Shown: piece by piece, positions 47,193-53,608 of the stretch
How positions within the stretch are numbered: the stretch's first letter is position 1
How the letters are laid out: each line of letters opens with the position of its first letter
The notes under the pieces: model-generated
Database searches by the model: none
Seen by the model: the letters and a program-made list of their open reading frames with translations, nothing else
Told to the model about the DNA's origin: nothing
Made by a program: the position numbers and the translations under genes
DNA from: an uncultured Rhodobacterales bacterium
Lineage (GTDB): Bacteria > Pseudomonadota > Alphaproteobacteria > Rhodobacterales > Rhodobacteraceae
DNA: 53,608 nucleotides
Assembly (NCBI GenBank): GCA_963922515.1
Contig: CAWUIW010000001.1
Span: 1-53,608 of the forward strand
Direction: 5' to 3'

Positions 47193-47927
47193 TCAGGACG
47201 CTGGCTCGACGATACCAACGATGGGTCCCATGCGAAAACCGACATCGCTGCGGTCCAGCTGCGGGGCGTGAAGGCGGGAGATATTGCCATCGAAATACAG
47301 CGCATTCGCAGAACCAAGATGGTCGCGAAACAAGCTGCCAAACTGGTGAAAGGTGACCGGCGCGCGTGAGATGGCAAAGTGAATTCGCTGCCCGTCCGCA
47401 CTTGTCCCGACGCCGTTGCGCACGTAGCGCGAGGTGCTTTCAGGCAGAAATCGCGGATGCAGCGCCCCATCGATCACAAGCATCGGCCCCGATTGGCTTG
47501 CATACAAGCAGTCGGGGGCTTCTCGCTGAAAGCGTAGCGTTTCTATCACGCGAACCTGCTGATCGCCGATACAAAAAACACCATTTGGCAGCAATCCAAA
47601 GTTCCCTGGCCCCGCCGATGTCACCAAACGCATTTCTTGCTGGCCGCCTTCCGAATACAGGCCAACAGGTGCGCGGTTTTCATGGTACATTCCCGCGTTC
47701 ATGGCAAAGCCAAGTTGCTGTCCAGCGGGGGCGAGCGCCTGATCGACGCTATTGAAATGACCAAAAGGCTCGCCTTTGTCGTCATAAAGGAACAGGCGTA
47801 TGTCTTCGAACGCGCGGGCTTCGCACACGGTGTAGGTCATCTGGTCAACTCGAACATTGCTGCACGTCACTGCTGATGCGGCGCCAGCAGAAGCGATAAA
47901 GCAGGCTATCAATGCGAGCCGGATCAC
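47193..47927 (-). CDS. Secreted phosphodiester glycosidase family (DUF2233) protein
   Basis: Signal peptide [19 protein letters not shown], followed by FAMNAGMY...SGPMLV...NALYFDG blocks. The GTG start overlaps the rbfA stop (GTGA). Confidence 0.75.
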   Translation of the reverse strand: MIRLALIACFIASAGAASAVTCSNVRVDQMTYTVCEARAFEDIRLFLYDDKGEPFGHFNSVDQALAPAGQQLGFAMNAGMYHENRAPVGLYSEGGQQEMRLVTSAGPGNFGLLPNGVFCIGDQQVRVIETLRFQREAPDCLYASQSGPMLVIDGALHPRFLPESTSRYVRNGVGTSADGQRIHFAISRAPVTFHQFGSLFRDHLGSANALYFDGNISRLHAPQLDRSDVGFRMGPIVGIVEPAS

Positions 47928-48319
47928 GTATCGAGATCGCGACGCACAGCGTCCTGGCTGAACATGCGCCGGGTGTCGTCCATTCGGTCGAATGTCTCGT
48001 CGATCTTGAACCTTAGATCCGGGGAGAATTTCAGGGTCAGCTTCTTGGAAACCGCGCGCCGGAGTTCGCTTTTGTTGCGTGCCAGCAGTTCAATAACATT
48101 CTCTTGTCCTTGTCCGCCCAGAGGCAGGACGTAGGCCGTCGCGATCCGCAAATCCGGACTGGTGCGCACCTCGCCAACGGTAATCGACAGGCGGTTCAAT
48201 TCCGGATCGTGCACGTCGCCGCGCGCCAGAACATCCGCCAGCGTTCGGCGGATCAATTCGCCCACGCGCAACTGTCGTTGCGATGGGCCGGGCCCGTCGT
48301 GAAACTTGTTCTTTGCCAT
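47924..48319 (-). CDS. rbfA: Ribosome-binding factor A
   Basis: Contains [19 protein letters not shown]...[19 protein letters not shown]. Confidence 0.92.
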   Translation of the reverse strand: MAKNKFHDGPGPSQRQLRVGELIRRTLADVLARGDVHDPELNRLSITVGEVRTSPDLRIATAYVLPLGGQGQENVIELLARNKSELRRAVSKKLTLKFSPDLRFKIDETFDRMDDTRRMFSQDAVRRDLDT

Positions 48320-48399
48320 GCCCTCCCTTAAGCGGTTCCCGTTGCTTTGCCAAGCGCGCTCGCGCCTGATATCCGGCCCAAACCAAGAGGGAGAGACCC

Positions 48400-49212
48400 A
48401 TGACCGAAAAACCCGGCATTGTCGTGACAGGTGCGTCTGGTCGCATGGGCCAAATGCTGATCGAGGTCATTCGCCAGAGCGAACAAACGCATCTTGTTGG
48501 CGCGGTTGAGCGGACTGGACATGCTTGGGTTGGCCAGGATGTCGGCGCAGCGATGGGGCACGCAGACCTGGGTGTGCGTGTGACGGATGACCCGCTGGAA
48601 GCCTTCGCCAAGGCCCAGGCCGTTATCGATTTCACGGCTCCGGCTGCAACTTTGGAATTTGCCGCTTTGGCCGCGCAAGCGCGCGCCGTACATATTATTG
48701 GAACGACGGGCATGACCGCGGATGAGATTGCTGCGCTGGAGCCAGCGGCGCGGCATTCTGTTCAGATCCGGGCGGGCAACATGAGCCTTGGCGTCAATCT
48801 GCTTGTCCAACTGACGCGCAGGGTCGCCGCCGCGCTTGATTCCGATTTTGACATTGAAGTGATCGAAGCGCACCACAACAAAAAGGTCGATGCCCCTTCG
48901 GGCACGGCCTTGATGCTGGGCGAGGCCGCTGCGGAAGGGCGTGGTTTGGCGTTGGATGCAGTGGCAGATCGCGGGCGAGACGGCATGACAGGCGCGCGAA
49001 AAAAGGGGGATATCGGCTTCACGGCAGTCCGGGGTGGGGACATTGTTGGCGAGCATGATGTTCTGTTCGCCGGACATGGAGAGCGCATCATCTTAAGGCA
49101 CGTGGCAACAGATCGACAGATCTTTGCCCGAGGCGCTGTAAAGGCGGCGTTATGGGGCCAATCCAAGGTACCGGGCCAGTACGACATGGTTGATGTTCTG
49201 GGCTTGTCGTGA
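48400..49212 (+). CDS. dapB: 4-hydroxy-tetrahydrodipicolinate reductase
   Basis: Contains [11 protein letters not shown] and [15 protein letters not shown]. Confidence 0.95.
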   Translation: MTEKPGIVVTGASGRMGQMLIEVIRQSEQTHLVGAVERTGHAWVGQDVGAAMGHADLGVRVTDDPLEAFAKAQAVIDFTAPAATLEFAALAAQARAVHIIGTTGMTADEIAALEPAARHSVQIRAGNMSLGVNLLVQLTRRVAAALDSDFDIEVIEAHHNKKVDAPSGTALMLGEAAAEGRGLALDAVADRGRDGMTGARKKGDIGFTAVRGGDIVGEHDVLFAGHGERIILRHVATDRQIFARGAVKAALWGQSKVPGQYDMVDVLGLS

Positions 49213-49315
49213 ACGGCAATTTCCTGCGCCTCAAGCGTTGAAATTTGCCGATTAAGTGATCCGAAGTATTTTTGTGCGCGTATCCGTCCTGAAGTCAGTC
49301 AAGCGAGATGCACAC

Positions 49316-49669
49316 ATGGTTCGCAAATTTTTCGCCGCCGTAACGGCAGCGCTGCTTGCCACAAGCGCGCAAGCCGAGTTCCAGAAAGTCGACAATCAGG
49401 CGCAGTTTACGCAGCTGGTGTCTGGCAAGACCTTGACCCGACCGATGATCAAACTGGAAGTATCACCGCAAGGTGCCATTTCGGGCACAGGGTTGCGGTG
49501 GGAAGTCAGCGGAAACTGGACGTGGCAAAACGGTTTTTTCTGCCGGGACTTGTTCTGGGGCGGCAGTGATCTTGGCTACAACTGCCAGGAAGTGCGTGTC
49601 AACGGGGACAGCATTCGATTCACGTCGGACCGTGGCACTGGCCGCTTCGCAGATTTTCGGTTGCGCTAG
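49316..49669 (+). CDS. Secreted hypothetical protein
   Basis: The ATG at 49316 is followed by the signal peptide MVRKFFAAVTAALLATSAQA. I did not recognise any family. Confidence 0.55.
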   Translation: MVRKFFAAVTAALLATSAQAEFQKVDNQAQFTQLVSGKTLTRPMIKLEVSPQGAISGTGLRWEVSGNWTWQNGFFCRDLFWGGSDLGYNCQEVRVNGDSIRFTSDRGTGRFADFRLR

Positions 49670-49678
49670 ATCGCTGTT

Positions 49679-49870
49679 CTAAAAATCGATCGCCAGACCG
49701 TTCTTTTCCCAATCTCCATAGCGAACAGGTTCGGGTCCGTCACGGCCACCCAGCTCAGTAGGTCGATCCGCGACTTCAACGTTTTGTGCGGCGCGTCGCG
49801 CCTCGGCTTCGGCCAGCGCACGTTGGGCGGCTTCCGGCAAATCTGTTCGGGTATCGGGTTTCTTTGTCAT
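49679..49870 (-). CDS. DUF1674 (SDHAF4-like) small protein
   Basis: 63 aa from the ATG at 49870, ending ...GPEPVRYGDWEKNGLAIDF, the typical DUF1674 C-terminus. Confidence 0.8.
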   Translation of the reverse strand: MTKKPDTRTDLPEAAQRALAEAEARRAAQNVEVADRPTELGGRDGPEPVRYGDWEKNGLAIDF

Positions 49871-49877
49871 AGCCCAA

Positions 49878-51218
49878 TTGATATACGCGCGGTTCAACGA
49901 TGGGCAAGGGACCGGCTTGCGGAATTCAAAACAACATGGGGAGCGACGGCTGGCGCGTGTCGACACCGGACGACAAGGCGCTGTCATTTTGCTGGACGCA
50001 GTTCTGGGCGACCAATGCATGATGTTCGATGCACTGGCACGCCCCGACATTCAAACCTTGCCTGCGCCCGACCGGGCGCAGGCGCAAAGACTGGCAAATG
50101 AGGTGCTGCGTGGGCTCGAACGGGCCGACAGGTTGCTGGAAGAGCATTTGCGCCGCTCCCCACCGCTGACGGTTCTAAACACGCTCAGACTTGGCGTGGT
50201 GGAGTTATGTTCCGGCGCCGCCGCGCACGGTGTGGTGAACAGCCTGGTCGATCTGATTGCAGCCCATCCAAAGCACAGACGTCTAAAGGGTTTGGTCAAC
50301 GCAGTTCTGCGCAAAATGGCCGGAGTGGCACCCACCGCTTGGCCCAAAATGCGCATGCCGCGCTTGCCCGGTTCCCTTCGGGATCCGCTGGTCGAGGTAT
50401 GGACCGCCGAAACCGTGGCCGCCATGGAGGCGGCGCATTTTCAAGGCGCGGCTGTGGATTTGACGCTGAAGCCCGGTGCAGGCCTGTCCGGCGAGGTGCC
50501 GGCACGCCCACTTCCAACTGGGTCCTATCGACTGGAGGGCGGCGCGCAAATCTCTGCTCTTGCGGGCTTTGATACTGGAGACTGGTGGGTGCAGGACGCT
50601 GCGGCGGCCATGCCCGCTCGGTTGCTGGCGGTAAAACCGGGGGAACAGGTTCTGGATTTGTGTGCTGCGCCGGGCGGAAAAACCATGCAGCTGTCTTCAA
50701 TGGGGGCGGATGTTACGGCGGTTGATGTGTCTGGTGCACGCTTGCGCCGTTTGCGCGAAAACCTGACGCGCACCAATTTGATGGCCACGGTGCTAGAAGT
50801 TGATCTTTTCACGGTTGCGGAAACTTACGACGCGGTCCTTCTGGATGCGCCCTGCTCGGCGACTGGCACCATTCGGCGGCACCCGGATTTGCCATTCGCC
50901 AAATCTGAAATGACTTTTGCTGACTTGGTCGCCTTGCAACGCCGTATGCTTGATCATGCTTGGGCGCTGGTGCGCCCCGGGGGACGATTGGTGTATTGCA
51001 CCTGTTCGCTTTTGCCTGAAGAAGGGGAAACTCAGGCGGAGGCCGCGTTGCAACGCTTGCCCGATGTCTCCGTTGATACAAAGCAGCGGGATGCCCTGCC
51101 CGGTGTAGAGGCAAGCTGGCATTCACCCGAAGGCGGGCTGCGTTTGCGGCCCGATTTCTGGGCGGACTGGGGTGGCTTGGACGGGTTTTACATGATCAGG
51201 CTGAACAAGGCCGTGTGA
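49878..51218 (+). CDS. rsmB: RsmB/NOP-family SAM-dependent RNA m5C methyltransferase
   Basis: Contains DLCAAPGGKT (SAM site), DAPCSATGTIRRHPD and YCTCSLLPEEGE. The start is uncertain (TTG at 49878 or 49917). Confidence 0.85.
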   Translation: MIYARFNDGQGTGLRNSKQHGERRLARVDTGRQGAVILLDAVLGDQCMMFDALARPDIQTLPAPDRAQAQRLANEVLRGLERADRLLEEHLRRSPPLTVLNTLRLGVVELCSGAAAHGVVNSLVDLIAAHPKHRRLKGLVNAVLRKMAGVAPTAWPKMRMPRLPGSLRDPLVEVWTAETVAAMEAAHFQGAAVDLTLKPGAGLSGEVPARPLPTGSYRLEGGAQISALAGFDTGDWWVQDAAAAMPARLLAVKPGEQVLDLCAAPGGKTMQLSSMGADVTAVDVSGARLRRLRENLTRTNLMATVLEVDLFTVAETYDAVLLDAPCSATGTIRRHPDLPFAKSEMTFADLVALQRRMLDHAWALVRPGGRLVYCTCSLLPEEGETQAEAALQRLPDVSVDTKQRDALPGVEASWHSPEGGLRLRPDFWADWGGLDGFYMIRLNKAV

Positions 51219-51302
51219 TACGTTTCTTTCGGTGACATGTCAGGCACACCGGAGTAACATCTGCTCGAAACGCCAGCAGAGCGTGAGAGGGGCACGAGAG
51301 GT

Positions 51303-53045
51303 ATGTCCAGATCCATGAGTCTGGCCAAGCGGCAAACCCAATTCATGAACCGCCTGTATGCTCGGCTCAGTCGGCGTCAGAATGCAGCCCGTGGTTTTGT
51401 GTCGTCTCCGGAACCGCGCACAATCGGCAGCTTTGCGCGCGGTCGGCAATTGGTGGCCGGCAACATCATGTTCGCCGGATACCTGATCGAGCAAAAAGAC
51501 AGCCATCTTTGGGACATCGAAGCGCCGGATGCCGCGTTTGAAGCTGAACGACAAGGTTTTGGCTGGCTGGATGATCTGGCCGCGGTTGGTGATTTCAACG
51601 CTCGTCAACAAGCGCAGACATGGTTGTGGGGCTGGATCGACCTGCATGGGCAAGGGACAGGGCCGGGCTGGATACCGGATCTGACAGGTCGGCGTTTGAT
51701 CCGTTGGATCAACCATGCCCTGTTTGTCTTGCGCGGGCAGCCGTCTGACGCCAGCGGAGCGTTTTACGTCTCGTTGTCGCGTCAAACATGGTTTTTGTCC
51801 AAACGGTGGAACTCTGCCGCACCCGGCTTGCCCCGGTTCGAAGCCTTGGCTGGTCTGATTTATGCGGGGCTGGCAATCGAAGGCACCGAAAAGCTGGCAG
51901 AACCCGCTTTGAAGGCGTTGGCCCGCGAATGCGACGAACAGATCGACAATCAAGGCGGGTTGCCCACCCGCAATCCCGAGGAGTTACTAGAAGTCTTTAC
52001 ATTGTTGACCTGGGTGTCGGCGGCGCTTTTGGATACCAGCCGTCCCGTACCCGACGCCGTTAGGGCCGCCGTAGAACGCATTGCGCCGACATTGCGCACG
52101 CTGCGCCATGCCGACGGTGGGCTTGCCCGCTTCCATGGCGGTGGTCGGGGTCTGGACGGTCGCCTTGATCACGCTCTGGCGGCAAGCAGGGTCACAACAC
52201 GCCATGCGGACGGGCTGTCTATGGGTTTTGCCCGACTGTCGGCCGGTCGCACATCCGTGATCATCGATGCCAGTTCACCGCCGTCTGGTGATGCTTCGGT
52301 CAACGCACATGCGTCGACACTTGCCTTCGAGTTGACATCGGGGCGACGCCCCTTGGTGGTCAATTGCGGCTCGGGGGCGTCCTTCGGATCCGAATGGCGC
52401 CGCGCAGGACGGGCCACGCCGTCGCATTCGGCCCTGTGTCTGGATGGGTTTTCCAGTGCCAGACTCACCGCGACGGAACATGGTGATGGGACCGAGATGC
52501 TGGTTGACGGCCCGCGGCACGTACCAATCGAAATCAGCACGATGACCGACGGCATTCGCTTTCAGGGCGGACATGACGGGTATTTGCGCAGCCACGGTCT
52601 GACCCACGCCAGAACTCTGGATCTCACCTTTGACGGGCGCGGGCTGGCCGGCGAAGACATGCTTCTGGCCATAGACGATGCGGCCAAGCGCCGTTTTGAC
52701 AAGGCGGTCGATGCGTCGAAACTGGCGGGCGTTCCATACGAGCTTCGATTTCATTTGCATCCCGAGGTTGATGCCACGTTGGACCTTGGCGGGGCTGCTG
52801 TATCCATGGCCCTCAAAAGCGGAGAGATATGGGTGTTCCGCTACGAAGGTCAAATGCAGCTCTCGCTTGAGGTGAGCGTTTATCTCGAAAAGCGGCGGCT
52901 CAAACCGCGCGCGGCGCGGCAGATTGTGCTGTCGGGGCGTGCATTGGATTATGCCAACCGGACCCGCTGGTCATTGTCCAAAGCACAGGATACAGCACTC
53001 GCGATCCGTGATTTGGCTGTCGAAGAGCCGGATCTTTTGGACTGA
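51303..53045 (+). CDS. Heparinase II/III-family protein (alphaproteobacterial rsmB-purH locus type)
   Basis: 580 aa. Contains [20 protein letters not shown] and [12 protein letters not shown] blocks, which I associate with heparinase II/III-like proteins. Confidence 0.75.
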   Translation: MSRSMSLAKRQTQFMNRLYARLSRRQNAARGFVSSPEPRTIGSFARGRQLVAGNIMFAGYLIEQKDSHLWDIEAPDAAFEAERQGFGWLDDLAAVGDFNARQQAQTWLWGWIDLHGQGTGPGWIPDLTGRRLIRWINHALFVLRGQPSDASGAFYVSLSRQTWFLSKRWNSAAPGLPRFEALAGLIYAGLAIEGTEKLAEPALKALARECDEQIDNQGGLPTRNPEELLEVFTLLTWVSAALLDTSRPVPDAVRAAVERIAPTLRTLRHADGGLARFHGGGRGLDGRLDHALAASRVTTRHADGLSMGFARLSAGRTSVIIDASSPPSGDASVNAHASTLAFELTSGRRPLVVNCGSGASFGSEWRRAGRATPSHSALCLDGFSSARLTATEHGDGTEMLVDGPRHVPIEISTMTDGIRFQGGHDGYLRSHGLTHARTLDLTFDGRGLAGEDMLLAIDDAAKRRFDKAVDASKLAGVPYELRFHLHPEVDATLDLGGAAVSMALKSGEIWVFRYEGQMQLSLEVSVYLEKRRLKPRAARQIVLSGRALDYANRTRWSLSKAQDTALAIRDLAVEEPDLLD

Positions 53046-53065
53046 TACCGCCACAGGAGTTCCGA

Positions 53066-53608
53066 ATGAACGTCACCCCGCCGATCCGCCGTGCATTGTT
53101 GTCTGTATCTGACAAGACGGGGCTGGGCGCTCTGGGCCAAGCCTTGGCCGCACAGGGTGTCGAACTGCTTAGCACGGGCGGAACCGCATCGGCGCTTCGA
53201 GAGGCTGGCTTGAGCGTGCAGGACGTTTCAGATTTAACGGCGTTTCCGGAAATGATGGGCGGGAGGGTCAAAACACTGCACCCCAAGGTCCATGGCGGAT
53301 TGCTGGCCTTGCGGAACGACCCCGAACATGTCGCTTCAATGGAAGCTCACGGGATTGGGGCCATCGATTTGCTGGTGGTCAACCTGTACCCATTTGAAGC
53401 CACAGTCGCCAGTGGAGCGGCCGCCGAAGTCTGCATAGAGAACATTGATATTGGCGGTCCGGCGATGATCCGCGCGGCAGCCAAGAACCACGCGCATGTC
53501 ACCGTGATTGTCGATCCGTCGGACTATGCTGCGCTCCTTGCCGAAATGGATGAACAATCTGGCGGCACATCTTTTGAATTCCGGCAAAAGCTTGCCCAAA
53601 TCGCCTAT
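53066..53608 (+). CDS. purH: Bifunctional AICAR transformylase / IMP cyclohydrolase, N-terminal part (runs off the window end)
   Basis: My own translation from the ATG at 53066 (AGGAG upstream) reads [20 protein letters not shown]...STGGTA...[17 protein letters not shown]...NLYPFE...[16 protein letters not shown]. Confidence 0.95.
   Translation, partial: MNVTPPIRRALLSVSDKTGLGALGQALAAQGVELLSTGGTASALREAGLSVQDVSDLTAFPEMMGGRVKTLHPKVHGGLLALRNDPEHVASMEAHGIGAIDLLVVNLYPFEATVASGAAAEVCIENIDIGGPAMIRAAAKNHAHVTVIVDPSDYAALLAEMDEQSGGTSFEFRQKLAQIAY

Noticed and set aside
49870-49917. Divergent DUF1674 and rsmB start codons only 7 nt apart
   Set aside because: This depends entirely on choosing the unverified TTG at 49878 as the rsmB start. 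With the TTG at 49917 the spacing is unremarkable.
1-53608. Search for tRNA, rRNA, tmRNA, CRISPR arrays, IS elements, integrases, toxin-antitoxin pairs or known defence-system genes
   Set aside because: I recognised none by eye in any intergenic gap or ORF translation. A covariance-model or HMM scan would be needed to exclude small RNAs or divergent defence genes.

Overview
The window looks like a chromosomal segment from a high-GC alphaproteobacterium, probably Rhodobacterales or roseobacter-like, judged from gene content; no GC figure was computed. It is densely coding: about 58 protein genes, and no tRNA, rRNA, CRISPR, IS or integrase genes that I could recognise. Most genes are housekeeping: leuS, ribA, glsA, xthA, ftsK-lolA, a thiolase, pnp, rpsO, truB, rbfA, dapB, rsmB and purH. 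No canonical defence or mobile system was recognised. The parts that deserve a second look are: (1) A nine-gene, same-strand cluster at 23284-32169 with very short or overlapping gene junctions. It encodes an XRE-cupin regulator, two LysE exporters, an unknown membrane protein, a GFA protein, two FAD-GcvT dehydrogenase paralogues of the dimethylglycine/sarcosine dehydrogenase type, an orphan cupin and a homocysteine S-methyltransferase. It is preceded by two copies of a 25-bp palindrome, GTGAAAA-N11-TTTTCAC. (2) A PepSY / two-TM LuxR / GT2 / GT4 unit at 37823-40784, in which the GT4 gene carries an in-frame TGA inside its EX7E motif. (3) An orphan STAS plus RsbW-like kinase pair with no adjacent sigma factor. 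(4) The rbfA-truB-rpsO-pnp array, interrupted by four accessory genes, two of them joined to the upstream housekeeping gene by 4-nt start/stop overlaps. (5) Several intergenic repeat and terminator signals. All product calls come from reading motifs in the supplied translations; no database search was run. Start codons were picked by eye, using RBS spacing and the position of the N-terminal domain.
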